Source: an uncultured Bacilli bacterium
GTDB lineage: Bacteria; Bacillota_I; Bacilli_A; RF39; UBA660
DNA length: 64,000 bases
Assembly (NCBI GenBank): GCA_934097015.1
Contig: CAKONF010000003.1
Span: 630-64,629 of the forward strand
Direction: 5' to 3'
Part shown: one piece after another, positions 18,472 through 28,738 of the stretch
Layout of the letters: every line of letters begins with the position of its first letter
Position numbering within the stretch: position 1 is the first letter of the stretch
The notes under the pieces: generated by a model
Told to the model about the DNA's origin: nothing
Databases searched by the model: none
Seen by the model: the letters and a program-made list of their open reading frames with translations, nothing else
Made by a program: the position numbers and the translations under genes

Positions 18472-19530
18472 ATGAAGAAAGATTTTATTAAATATTTTAT
18501 TCCTATTATTTTATTATGTTTTATTGGTATTATATCAATATATTGTTCTAAAAGTATTGTTAATAACTATATGTATTTTTTTAAAAGACAAATAATATAT
18601 GTTGTTATTGGGATAATATTATTGTTCTTTTTTAAATGTATTAATTTTAATATAATATATAAGTATAGTTTTTTAATATATTTATTTAGTATATTTATGT
18701 TAGTTTATGTATTATTTTTTGGGGATACTATTAATGGTAGTAAGAGTTGGATTAATTTATTTGGTGTTAGTATACAACCTAGTGAGTTTGCAAAAATAGG
18801 TTTGTTGTTATGTTTAGATAAGTATGTTAAAAGTAAATATGGTTTTATAAAGAGTATAGTTTTATTATTAGTTCCTAGTATTCTTACTTTTTTACAACCT
18901 GATACTGGTACTGTATTATTTTATTTAGTAATATATTTTAGTATTTTTATATGTATGGGGTTGAAGAAGAAGTATTATATTAGTTTATTTAGTTTGTGTT
19001 TTATTGGAATAGGATTATTTGTTTATTTATATTTCTTTAATAGTGATTTGTTTATTAAAATATTTGGTACTAATTTCTTTTATAGGATAGATAGAGTTAT
19101 TAATTTTACTAAGAATGAAGGTTATCAGATTAATAATGCTTTAATTGGTATTGGAAATGGGGGCGTTATTGGTAATTTTAGTAAATATGTTATATATATA
19201 CCAGAAGCTATAACTGATTTTATGTTTGCAAATATATTAACTATGTTTGGTTTTGTAGGTGGTGTAGTTGTTGTTAGTTTGTTTTTAATTATAGATATTA
19301 TGCTTGTTAGTGACATATTTAAATTAAATAAGCATAAGTATTATGTGATTGGATTGTTTGGATTATTTTTATATCAACAAGTACAACATATATTTATGGA
19401 TATAGGACTTTTACCTATTACTGGTATAACACTTCCATTTGTTAGTTATGGTGGTAGTAGTTTAATAAGTTATTTTATATTGTTTGGTATATTATTTAAT
19501 TTAAAAAAGAAAAATTCTTTGAATTTTTGA
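18472..19530 (+). CDS. SEDS family protein (FtsW/RodA/SpoVE)
   Basis: About 10 TM helices, with QPSEFAK, NNALIGIGNGGVIG and LPITGITLPFVSYGGSS motifs. Confidence 0.85.
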   Translation: MKKDFIKYFIPIILLCFIGIISIYCSKSIVNNYMYFFKRQIIYVVIGIILLFFFKCINFNIIYKYSFLIYLFSIFMLVYVLFFGDTINGSKSWINLFGVSIQPSEFAKIGLLLCLDKYVKSKYGFIKSIVLLLVPSILTFLQPDTGTVLFYLVIYFSIFICMGLKKKYYISLFSLCFIGIGLFVYLYFFNSDLFIKIFGTNFFYRIDRVINFTKNEGYQINNALIGIGNGGVIGNFSKYVIYIPEAITDFMFANILTMFGFVGGVVVVSLFLIIDIMLVSDIFKLNKHKYYVIGLFGLFLYQQVQHIFMDIGLLPITGITLPFVSYGGSSLISYFILFGILFNLKKKNSLNF

Positions 19531-19581
19531 CTTTAATATATATGTGTGTTATAGTATCTAGACAAGTTTGGGGGTTGTTTT

Positions 19582-20298
19582 ATGATAAATAATTACTTTT
19601 ATAATATATCTGATTGTACTTCTATTTCAAGTATGCCAGAAAATTTTTCTGATTTAGATGAAGAATATATATTTTCTAAAATTAAAAATGGAGATATGGA
19701 TATACGAGATGAATTTATTAAATATAATTTAAGATCAGTAGTGTATGAAATTAATAAAACATTTTCATATTGGCTTCAACATAGTATTGTTGAAAAAGAA
19801 GATTTATTATCTGTTGGTATAGTTGGTTTAATAAAAGCAGTAGATTCATTTGATGTTAGTAAAAAATGTAAATTTATTACTTATTCAATAACTTGTATTG
19901 ATAATGAAATAAAAATGTTTATTAGAAAAATAAAAAATTATCCTTATGCTTTAAGTTTAGAAAATAATGTTTATAATGATGATGATTCAGATAAAACTAT
20001 AAATGATATATTGTCTGATGATAGTAATTTTGTGGATGATATTTTGAAGAAAGAAGAATATAAAATTATTAATAAAATAGTTGATGATTTACCTTTTGAA
20101 GAAAGAAAAATTATTAGAATGTATTTTGGCTTTGATAATAAAAGATATAATCAAACTGAATTGTCAGAATTATATGGCTTTTCACAATCATATATGTCTA
20201 GAATTATAAAAAAAATATTAAAAAAAATAGAAAGTAAATTATTAGAAATGGAAATCTACGAAGAAGATATGATAAAGAAAAATAAAAGAAGATATTAA
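19582..20298 (+). CDS. Sigma-70 family sigma factor, sporulation SigE/SigK-like
   Basis: Region 2 is NLRSVVYEI...DLLSVGIVGLIKAVDSFD...YSITCIDNEIKMFIRK. Region 4 is TELSELYGFSQSYMSRIIKKIL, resembling the SRSYVSRIEK signature of SigE/SigK. Confidence 0.7.
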   Translation: MINNYFYNISDCTSISSMPENFSDLDEEYIFSKIKNGDMDIRDEFIKYNLRSVVYEINKTFSYWLQHSIVEKEDLLSVGIVGLIKAVDSFDVSKKCKFITYSITCIDNEIKMFIRKIKNYPYALSLENNVYNDDDSDKTINDILSDDSNFVDDILKKEEYKIINKIVDDLPFEERKIIRMYFGFDNKRYNQTELSELYGFSQSYMSRIIKKILKKIESKLLEMEIYEEDMIKKNKRRY

Positions 20299-20531
20299 TA
20301 ATATCCTCCAGAAGAGTAGTTATAATATCCACCTGGTCTATAATATGGATTATTGTAGTAAGGTTGATATGGTTGATATGGGTATGGGTTTTGTGCTGGT
20401 GAGTTTACGTATACGGGTCTAGGACGAGATACTCCGACTAATCCAGCTCCTGCAAGTCCGCCTAATAAAAATGGTACAAAGAATTGTCTATCTTCATTTG
20501 GATTTTGCATTCCATAGTTATTATAGTACAT
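20295..20531 (-). CDS. Small Gly/Tyr/Pro/Asn-rich protein with one central hydrophobic segment
   Basis: 78-aa ORF in a locally G+C-richer stretch, with AGGAG upstream of the ATG. The composition resembles small spore-coat-type proteins (inference only). Confidence 0.5.
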   Translation of the reverse strand: MYYNNYGMQNPNEDRQFFVPFLLGGLAGAGLVGVSRPRPVYVNSPAQNPYPYQPYQPYYNNPYYRPGGYYNYSSGGYY

Positions 20532-20569
20532 AAAAAACTCCTTTCATAATAGTATATGAATTAGGAGTT

Positions 20570-21424
20570 TTAATTTTGGGCGTATAATCTATATAAGTTA
20601 ATACTTGGTACTGAATTAAATCTAATATCTATTCTAGTTGTTCCAATACCATTAGATACAAATATTTCTTTGTTATCTAATTTATAATAGTCATCATAAT
20701 ATGTTTTTGCACCTACTGGAGTATATATTTTTCCAATTAATGGTATTCTTACTTGACCTCCGTGTGAGTGACCTGAAAGCAATATATTAAAACTATAATT
20801 TGATATTTTTTTATATTCATCTGGTTCGTGACATAATATAAATCTATAATAATTATTTTCTTTTTCTAATACATCATAGTTTATTTTAGTTTCACTTGAA
20901 TCTGATAATCCTACTAAAGAAATAGGAGTGTTTTCTTTATAATATATTAATTTTTCTTCATTATCTAGTATTGTAAAATTAGTATCCATTATTTTTTTAA
21001 ACGTATCTAATTGTTTTATATCGTGGTTTCCAGATACAGCGTAGTTTCCTAAATTACTTTTTATTTTAGATAATGCTTTTTTTACTGATTCTGTTTCTTC
21101 ATTATTTAATGTTCTTCTTTTATCTAACATATCTCCAGTAAATACAACAATATCTGGATTTTGTTTATTAATCATATTAACTATTTTATTTAGATATTTT
21201 ATATCTACTGTACTTCCTAAATGTACATCTGAAAAATGTACTATTTTTATACCATCAAATGATTTTGGTAAATATTCATTTTCTATTTTATATTCGTTTA
21301 TTCTTAAATTATATGGTTCTATGTATTTAGAATATAAAAATAATAGTGCTACTGCTAGTATAAAATATATTAGTATGTTATTTTTTTTCTTTTCTTTAAT
21401 ATTTTTTTTATCTTCTTTTTTCAT
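20570..21424 (-). CDS. Membrane-anchored metallophosphoesterase (YkuE/calcineurin-like)
   Basis: HFSDVHLG, TGDM, GNHD and GHSHGGQ motifs, with an N-terminal TM helix. Confidence 0.85.
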   Translation of the reverse strand: MKKEDKKNIKEKKKNNILIYFILAVALLFLYSKYIEPYNLRINEYKIENEYLPKSFDGIKIVHFSDVHLGSTVDIKYLNKIVNMINKQNPDIVVFTGDMLDKRRTLNNEETESVKKALSKIKSNLGNYAVSGNHDIKQLDTFKKIMDTNFTILDNEEKLIYYKENTPISLVGLSDSSETKINYDVLEKENNYYRFILCHEPDEYKKISNYSFNILLSGHSHGGQVRIPLIGKIYTPVGAKTYYDDYYKLDNKEIFVSNGIGTTRIDIRFNSVPSINLYRLYAQN

Positions 21425-21435
21425 AATTAGCCTTT

Positions 21436-22068
21436 CTAAAATAGCAATATTACTAATATAGTAATTGTATTGTTTATTATATGTGATATTGTACTACAAA
21501 ATATATTGTTTGTTTTGGTATAAGTTATACTGAATGTTAAACCTAGTATAAAGTATGGTATAAAATATAATAGTTCTATTAGTTTAGTAGAAGATATTAT
21601 ATGTAATAAACTAAATATTGTAGATGATAATATAATAAATATAGTATTGTTTTTTATACTTTTTTTTATATTTAATCTAAATACTATTTCTTCTATATAT
21701 GGTATTATTAATGATAATAGTAATCCGTATAATAACTTATTATTTAATAATAAATCTCTATTACTTTGTTCATTATTTGATATACCATTTGGTATTATAA
21801 TATAATTTATTATATAGTTTGATAACATCATAAGTAAGAAACCTATTATGAAATATATTAGTGTTGTTAATATATTTTTTTTATTTAATTTTTTTATATT
21901 ATTTAATAATTCTTCTTTATATATTATTGTAAAATATATAGCAACAAATATATAAGATATAAACAAGTATATTATATATTCTTTAGAATTAATATTGTTT
22001 GTAAAAAATAGAGGTATTATACTTGGAAATAATATATATATTAGAATATTTATTAATGCTTTTTTCAT
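21436..22068 (-). CDS. CPBP family intramembrane glutamic endopeptidase (CAAX protease-like)
   Basis: Polytopic protein with EEIVFR, FSLLHI and SHIINN motifs. Confidence 0.8.
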   Translation of the reverse strand: MKKALINILIYILFPSIIPLFFTNNINSKEYIIYLFISYIFVAIYFTIIYKEELLNNIKKLNKKNILTTLIYFIIGFLLMMLSNYIINYIIIPNGISNNEQSNRDLLLNNKLLYGLLLSLIIPYIEEIVFRLNIKKSIKNNTIFIILSSTIFSLLHIISSTKLIELLYFIPYFILGLTFSITYTKTNNIFCSTISHIINNTITILVILLF

Positions 22069-22154
22069 ATATTCACCTTAATAAGATATTATCATATTTT
22101 ACTTTAAAAAGAAATATTAATATGTTATAATTATTGAAGATAAGGATGGTATTA

Positions 22155-22829
22155 ATGAAAAAGAATATTAAATATATATTATTTGTTGTATTTATGTTTG
22201 TTTTTATTAATAATGTTAATGCAGAATGTTCTTATCAAGATAGGAAAGATTTATTAGAAAGAGCAAAAGAAGTTGAAGTGTTTTTTGAACCTGATTTGAA
22301 TAATAAATATTTTACTTTTAATTTATATAATTTAGATAATGATTTATATGTTGATATAGTTAATGGTAAGACTAATGAGAGTAAATTAGTTTATAGTTAT
22401 GACTTAGTAGATAATCATTATAGTTTTATAGATAATAATATTAGTGATATTATTACTTATAGAGTAAATATATATTCTAGTAATAGTGAATGTTATGGTA
22501 ATAAAATGACTACTAAAACTGTTGTTAAGAAAATAATTAATAATTATTATTATATGGATATATGTAAGGGAATAGAAGATTATACTTATTGTAAACCATT
22601 ACTTAATAATAAATTTAGTATTAATGATGAAACTATTAGAAAAAATATAAGTAAATATAGAGATAGTTTGAATGTTAAAAAAGATGATAAAACAGTTAAT
22701 AAATTTGGTATAAAAGATTTAATTAATATACTTAAAAAATATTGGTATGTTGTTTTAATTATTGTTTGTATTTCTATTGGTTTAATAGTTGTTATTAAAA
22801 TCAATAAAAAAAGAGGTGAATTGATTTGA
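22155..22829 (+). CDS. Hypothetical exported protein (signal peptide plus C-terminal TM anchor), first gene of the Tad-linked cluster
   Basis: MKKNIKYILFVVFMFVFINNVNA|E signal-like N-terminus and a terminal helix VVLIIVCISIGLIVVI. The stop overlaps the next start (TTGA). Confidence 0.6.
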   Translation: MKKNIKYILFVVFMFVFINNVNAECSYQDRKDLLERAKEVEVFFEPDLNNKYFTFNLYNLDNDLYVDIVNGKTNESKLVYSYDLVDNHYSFIDNNISDIITYRVNIYSSNSECYGNKMTTKTVVKKIINNYYYMDICKGIEDYTYCKPLLNNKFSINDETIRKNISKYRDSLNVKKDDKTVNKFGIKDLINILKKYWYVVLIIVCISIGLIVVIKINKKRGELI

Positions 22830-25588
22830 TTAGTAAAAAAAATAAATTAATAGTATTTATTGTTTTTGTTGTACTTATTGGATTAAGTGTATTTTTTGTA
22901 AGTAAAAGAGAAAATACTGTTAAAAGTAATACTAGTGATAGTAAAAAGTATTTAGTATCTTATAATGGTGGAAGAAAGACTGAAACTTGTGATAAATACT
23001 TTGATGATGATGAAACTAAATTTTATAGTTATAAGAAAGTTGATGAAGGATACCCTTTATTTATTTATAGTCATTGTGCTTGGAATATTAGTGATTTAGT
23101 TAATAATGGGGAAGTAAGTGATGCTAACAAAAAAGAAGCTTGTGATGTTTATAAGGAATATGTTAGTGATAAAAGAATAAGTGATAATGATGAAGTGTGG
23201 AATTATAATGCAAATTGTGAAAAATATTTTGAAAAACCAGAAGATAAATTATATGTTTCATATTATGACCCTTATGATAAAAAAAATAAAACATGTGAAG
23301 AACTTAAGGTTTCAATTGAAAATGATTTTGTAAAATATAAATGGATTTATGATAGTGTTTATTTATCTAAGATGAAATGTCCTGATATTGATAGTTCTAA
23401 AAAATATGATGTTGTTTCAACTAGTTTTGATGCGACTGGATCTTATGGTATGAATTGTAAGATTAATGGAGTGGAGTATGCAACTGAGACTAATGTTTGT
23501 TCTTATAATTTAAAAAGAGATAATAGTGGTAATATAAGCGGTACAATTAATTTACCTGATTCGACTTCTGGTAATGATGGAAAAGGTATTATACAAAGTG
23601 GTACTTATAAGAAATTTATAGGTTGGAGTAGCGATAAAAGTTGTAATTCTATTGCTATTAGTCAAGATGATATAAAAAATGGTAAAAAAACAATTACTGT
23701 TGATAATAGCAAATATGTTTCAAGATATTATGCTTGTTTTGATCAAAGTCAAAGTGGTACAGTTGATGATTTAACTAAAGTATATAATACTTGTGATTCA
23801 GCTGGAGATTATGATGCTACTTTAACTAGTAGTATAAGAATAACTGATAAATATAGTTCTACTAATGGCATTTCTGGCGAAAGTATAAGTGGGACAAAAA
23901 GTGGGAAGAGTTATACGATAAACAAATATTGTTATATGAAATGTACTGAAACATTTAATTATACTTATCCTGCTATATTTGAAACTGTAAAGTCTGGGAC
24001 ATATTTTGAACTTTTATATACACCTCAAGTTAATGCAACTTATACTTGTACAGAAACGTTTAAATATAAGGAATGGGAACAAGATTACAATACTGCAATT
24101 GAAAATGAGAAAAAAGCTTATGTTGATTATATAAATTCTATGTCTATTAGGGGAATTTCTAGTTCTTCTCCAACTGATGAAGTGTGTTATCATAAAATAG
24201 ATGCAAAAGGTAATACTACATATTATTATTATCAAACTGTATCTACTACATATCATAAATATGATGAAACTACTTTTTTGATAAAAGATAAATATTGTGA
24301 AGAAAAAGGCGAAAGTATAGATAATTCAAAGGAAAGGTTATTATCGTCAACTGGTTTATCGCGTATTACTGATGATAGTATTTATAACAATGCAAAGAAT
24401 AATAGAAAAAATTTAGAAAAAATGAATAATGAAGTTTGTTATACTGTGTTAGATAAAGATAAGATACAAAGTGAAAATTATTATAGTGTTAATCCACAAA
24501 TAAAATTAGAATATGATGCAGATAAGACTATAAATAAATTAGATTCTAATGCTAGAAATGTTTTATTAAAATCTACCAAATACTATGAGGATGACACTGG
24601 TTCTTATAGTGAAAATAATAATTATAAAAAAATAGATAGTAAGACAAATTATCAAATTAATTATTTAGATAAAACAGATAGTTTTGATGCTTATAATTAT
24701 GGGAATGACAAAACAATTTATAGAACTAAAAAAATGAATTTTAATTTTGATACAGAGTATAATTATTATACTGAATTTTATACTGGTGCTATTTATAATA
24801 GTGAAAAGAAGAATACTATTAAGTTAGGTAATGTTTTTCCTATTACTTTAAGTAGTAGTGGGAAGAAAAATATATCTTTTGAAATAGTAAAAGATGGTAT
24901 AACTAGTGCTGTTAAAAAAGAATTAGATAGTAAAGATACTAAATATACTTGTACTTATAATGTTAGTAATGATGCTGTTATTTTAGATAAGAGTACTAAA
25001 AATAATAGTGATGATGAAAAGAAATATAAAACTTCATTTTTTGTAAGACCTATTGCTGTTAATGATGTTGACCCTAATAATAGATTAGATAGTGGTTTAT
25101 TGGGCGCTAATTGGGCTAGTAGAAAAGGTCAATTATTAATAAAAATTATTGAAAATAAATCACAAGGAAATAATACTTATAATCCAGATAATTTAGAATA
25201 TTCATTTACTTTAAATGCTGAGTCTTTAGATAAAATAAGAGATTATAATAAAAGTCATAAATATGATGAAAAAATTGATACTTATTTTGAATGTAATGGA
25301 CTAGGTATGGAATGTGAAAGTAAGTTTTTAAATGAATTATTAAAAGGCACATATGGTAATGTAAATGGAAGTATTAGTAATGGTAGAAATGCTAGAAAAT
25401 ACTATATTGGTGGTAAATGGTATAGTACTGATTCATTATTATCAAGTAAAGATTTTGTAGAAGTTTCTAGTGGTACTAAACATACTAAGAGTGAAGTATA
25501 TGGTGTTTGTAATTCATCTTGCAATGATGATGATAGTGCTTGTTATGAGTGTTTATATAAAAAAGTTAATGAGGGAGTATTACCATGA
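22826..25588 (+). CDS. Large (920 aa) N-terminally anchored, Cys-containing extracellular protein, unclassified
   Basis: Long uninterrupted ORF with a single N-terminal TM helix, translationally coupled at both ends. No motif recognised. Confidence 0.65.
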   Translation: MISKKNKLIVFIVFVVLIGLSVFFVSKRENTVKSNTSDSKKYLVSYNGGRKTETCDKYFDDDETKFYSYKKVDEGYPLFIYSHCAWNISDLVNNGEVSDANKKEACDVYKEYVSDKRISDNDEVWNYNANCEKYFEKPEDKLYVSYYDPYDKKNKTCEELKVSIENDFVKYKWIYDSVYLSKMKCPDIDSSKKYDVVSTSFDATGSYGMNCKINGVEYATETNVCSYNLKRDNSGNISGTINLPDSTSGNDGKGIIQSGTYKKFIGWSSDKSCNSIAISQDDIKNGKKTITVDNSKYVSRYYACFDQSQSGTVDDLTKVYNTCDSAGDYDATLTSSIRITDKYSSTNGISGESISGTKSGKSYTINKYCYMKCTETFNYTYPAIFETVKSGTYFELLYTPQVNATYTCTETFKYKEWEQDYNTAIENEKKAYVDYINSMSIRGISSSSPTDEVCYHKIDAKGNTTYYYYQTVSTTYHKYDETTFLIKDKYCEEKGESIDNSKERLLSSTGLSRITDDSIYNNAKNNRKNLEKMNNEVCYTVLDKDKIQSENYYSVNPQIKLEYDADKTINKLDSNARNVLLKSTKYYEDDTGSYSENNNYKKIDSKTNYQINYLDKTDSFDAYNYGNDKTIYRTKKMNFNFDTEYNYYTEFYTGAIYNSEKKNTIKLGNVFPITLSSSGKKNISFEIVKDGITSAVKKELDSKDTKYTCTYNVSNDAVILDKSTKNNSDDEKKYKTSFFVRPIAVNDVDPNNRLDSGLLGANWASRKGQLLIKIIENKSQGNNTYNPDNLEYSFTLNAESLDKIRDYNKSHKYDEKIDTYFECNGLGMECESKFLNELLKGTYGNVNGSISNGRNARKYYIGGKWYSTDSLLSSKDFVEVSSGTKHTKSEVYGVCNSSCNDDDSACYECLYKKVNEGVLP

Positions 25589-26730
25589 AAGAGTCGATGT
25601 GGGGATATTATTTAATTTTACTTGGAATAATGGTTAGTACTGTAATGATTTTAATGTCTAATATGGTTACTACGAATCAACAAGATTATTATTTGTTAAA
25701 AGAAGTGACAAATGCTTCTATGCATGATTCTATTGATTGGAGTTATTACAAGAAATATGGAGAAATGAGAATTAATACAGAGAAGTTTGTTGAAGTATTT
25801 GTACGTAGATTTAGTGAATCTGTATCTAAAACAAATACATATAAAATAGATGTTTATTCTGTATACGAAAATCCACCTAGTGTTAGTATTAGAGTGACAA
25901 GTAATACTGGAGATTTTCATATAGCAGGTGATGCTACTAATGTAGATGTTATTAATTCTTATGATGCAATATTAGAATCTAATAATAATATTTTTAGTGA
26001 TGATTGTACAGGTGATGGTTGTTCTAATGATAGTGCATTTGTCTTTTATTCTTTACCTTATGAAACATGTACTAGTGAAAATCAATATATAAAAGAATAT
26101 GATAAAGATGGTAAAGTTGTTGAAGAAAATAGTTATTGTAAGATTGCTAATAAAGTTCCTTTAGCATTAAGTGAGGAATCAAATGTTATAAACAAAATAA
26201 AAGAAAAAGTTAATAAATATTATGAAACTATGGGAGAAAGTAAAAGATTTGATATTAATAGAGTAAAGATATCTGATGTACATTTTTTAAATATTATGAA
26301 TAGTAAAAATGATATAGAAAAATATAAAAGTAATTTTACTAATGTTTATAATTATATTCCTAATACTTCTGATATATTGGAAGTTTGGAATAGTAGTTTA
26401 GGATATGATAATTCTAATTATTTAGCAAAAAATGTTAAGAATGTTAGAATTAGTGTTGTAGATGGTGATAATAATAAAAAGTATTTAGCTTTTGGATTAG
26501 ATTTTAATTGTAATGGTGTTAAAACTTATGGTGATAATGATGGTGTTAGTCAATATAGAGCTAAGTATGATGGTAATGATTATAGAAATAGTAAGCAAAA
26601 ATATATAACTAGTGAATATTATAATTCATTGAGTGAAGAACAAAAGAAGAGTTATGAATGGACACCGTATTATAATGCTTGTTTAGTAGGTATTAAATAT
26701 AAAATTGATTTTTATTACGATTATGACTAG
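25585..26730 (+). CDS. N-terminally anchored extracellular protein (381 aa), unclassified
   Basis: ATGA overlap with the upstream gene. The N-terminal helix WGYYLILLGIMVSTVMILM is followed by a soluble domain. Confidence 0.6.
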   Translation: MKESMWGYYLILLGIMVSTVMILMSNMVTTNQQDYYLLKEVTNASMHDSIDWSYYKKYGEMRINTEKFVEVFVRRFSESVSKTNTYKIDVYSVYENPPSVSIRVTSNTGDFHIAGDATNVDVINSYDAILESNNNIFSDDCTGDGCSNDSAFVFYSLPYETCTSENQYIKEYDKDGKVVEENSYCKIANKVPLALSEESNVINKIKEKVNKYYETMGESKRFDINRVKISDVHFLNIMNSKNDIEKYKSNFTNVYNYIPNTSDILEVWNSSLGYDNSNYLAKNVKNVRISVVDGDNNKKYLAFGLDFNCNGVKTYGDNDGVSQYRAKYDGNDYRNSKQKYITSEYYNSLSEEQKKSYEWTPYYNACLVGIKYKIDFYYDYD

Positions 26731-26783
26731 AAATTAGAAATAAAATATAGTATTATTATGGTATATAATATAGGAGGAATAAG

Positions 26784-27629
26784 ATGGGAAATATAATGTT
26801 AAAATTAAAAAGATTTTTAGGAAATAAGAATACTGTGACTGTACTTTGTGTACTTGCTGGTGTTGGAGTGTTATTATTTGGATATAATTATAGAGTTAAA
26901 CAAGCGGTTCAACCTGTAAATGTTCCTTATGCACTTAAACGTATGGAACCTAAAACTAAAGTAGAAGCTGATAACGTTGGGCTTATTAAAGTTAGTGGAG
27001 CTTTTGTAGAACAAACACAAGATCTAGTGACAAGTAAACAATACATAATGGCAAATGAATGGTATGTTAATTATGATACTGTTATTCCAGAAGGTGGTTT
27101 GTTTTATAAATCACAATTAGTTAAAAAAGAAGATATTCCTGATACTGCTTTTGATGATATAGATGAAGGTGCTACTATATTTAGTTTAAGTGTAAATAGT
27201 CATAGTACTTATGGTAATTCTATTATGCCTGGTAATTTTATAGATTTATATTTAAAAGCAACTGATGATAATGGTAAAGTTATTTTTGGTAAATTTATAG
27301 AAAGTATTAAAGTATTATCTGTTAGAGATTCAAGTGGTAATGATGTTTTCTCTGATAGTCAAGCTGAAAAGAGTAGTAGTGAATTATTATTTGCTGTTAA
27401 AGATAATTTATTTATGTTATTAAGTGAAGCAAGTTTCGTTGGTGGAATTGAAATAGTACCAGTACCTAGAAATGCTGCATATAGAAATGAAGGAGATACT
27501 GAAAATGGTACTCAAGTTTCTAAACAAGAATTAGTTGATTTTATACTTGCTAAAGTTTCTGAATTAAGTGATGAAGTTGATTTGAATACTACTATGAATG
27601 ATTTGAATACTAATAATAATGGAAATTAG
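26784..27629 (+). CDS. CpaB/RcpC-like pilus assembly protein
   Basis: N-terminal TM helix, a SAF-like segment, then DIDEGATIFSLSVNSHSTYGNSIMPGNFIDLY...IKVLSVRD, resembling the CpaB C-terminal domain. AGGAGG lies 6 nt upstream. Confidence 0.6.
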   Translation: MGNIMLKLKRFLGNKNTVTVLCVLAGVGVLLFGYNYRVKQAVQPVNVPYALKRMEPKTKVEADNVGLIKVSGAFVEQTQDLVTSKQYIMANEWYVNYDTVIPEGGLFYKSQLVKKEDIPDTAFDDIDEGATIFSLSVNSHSTYGNSIMPGNFIDLYLKATDDNGKVIFGKFIESIKVLSVRDSSGNDVFSDSQAEKSSSELLFAVKDNLFMLLSEASFVGGIEIVPVPRNAAYRNEGDTENGTQVSKQELVDFILAKVSELSDEVDLNTTMNDLNTNNNGN

Positions 27630-28721
27630 GTGAAAAGTATGAATGATCAAATTTTTTCACAATTAGATTTTGGACCTTTAAAAGAGTTTTTAGAGACTGA
27701 TGATATAACAGATATTTCATATAGTAATGGTGGTCAAGTATGGCTTAAATCACTTACTAAAGGTATATATCAAGTTGATAGACCTGAAATAAATAATGCA
27801 ATGATGGAAAAATTAGCTTTTCAATGTTCTAATGTAATGGGGAAGACATTTAATATGGCTTCTCCGTTCTTGGACGCTGAGAGTGCAGAATTACGTATGA
27901 ATTTTATACATGAATCTATTAGTACTAATGGTATTGCATGTGTTATACGTAAAACACCTGCTAAGATAAGACTTAATAAAGATAAATTAATAAATGAAAG
28001 ATATACTACTGTTGAAATACATGATTTTTTAATTAAATGTGTTGAGGGACATTGTAATATTATAGTTAGTGGTGAAACTGGTAGTGGTAAAACAGAACTT
28101 GTTAAATATTTAGCTAGTTATACTAAAGAAAATGAAAAAATTATTACAATAGAAGATACTTTGGAATTACACTTAGATAAAATATTTCCACATAGAGATA
28201 TAGTTGCTGTTAAAACAAATAATATTGCTAGTTATAGTGATGTTTTAGTTAGTTGTATGAGACAGAATCCTAAATGGATTTTATTATCCGAAGTACGTAG
28301 TGCAGAAGCTGTACTTGCTGTACGTAATAGTATTTCTTCAGGACATAATATTTTATCTACAATACATAGTGATAAAGCAAGTAGTATTCCTATGCGTATG
28401 TATAGTTTGATGGAAAGTAGTCAAGATATAGACCAATTTTTAGCAAGTATACATAGATATGTACAAATAGGTGTATATGTAAAAGGTTATTTTAGTAAAG
28501 AATTAAATAGATTTCAAAGAGAAATATTTGAAGTGTGTGAATTTTATGTTAATGAAAAAAATCATGCTAAGAAAAATATTATTTATAAGAAATTTATGAA
28601 TGGTAAATATCAAATACAAAATCCTACTAAATATCTTTTAGATTATTTAAGTATACAAGGTGTTGTACTTCCTGATGATACATTTAGATTAGGTAGTGTT
28701 AATAAAGGAGAAGAAGATTAG
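27630..28721 (+). CDS. CpaF/TadA-type secretion ATPase (VirB11/GspE superfamily)
   Basis: Walker A SGETGSGKT, ITIEDTLEL, Walker B-like ILLSEVR and a His box GHNILSTIHS. An alternative start is the ATG at 27639. Confidence 0.85.
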   Translation: MKSMNDQIFSQLDFGPLKEFLETDDITDISYSNGGQVWLKSLTKGIYQVDRPEINNAMMEKLAFQCSNVMGKTFNMASPFLDAESAELRMNFIHESISTNGIACVIRKTPAKIRLNKDKLINERYTTVEIHDFLIKCVEGHCNIIVSGETGSGKTELVKYLASYTKENEKIITIEDTLELHLDKIFPHRDIVAVKTNNIASYSDVLVSCMRQNPKWILLSEVRSAEAVLAVRNSISSGHNILSTIHSDKASSIPMRMYSLMESSQDIDQFLASIHRYVQIGVYVKGYFSKELNRFQREIFEVCEFYVNEKNHAKKNIIYKKFMNGKYQIQNPTKYLLDYLSIQGVVLPDDTFRLGSVNKGEED

Positions 28722-28738
28722 AAGGGTGGTTATAATTA

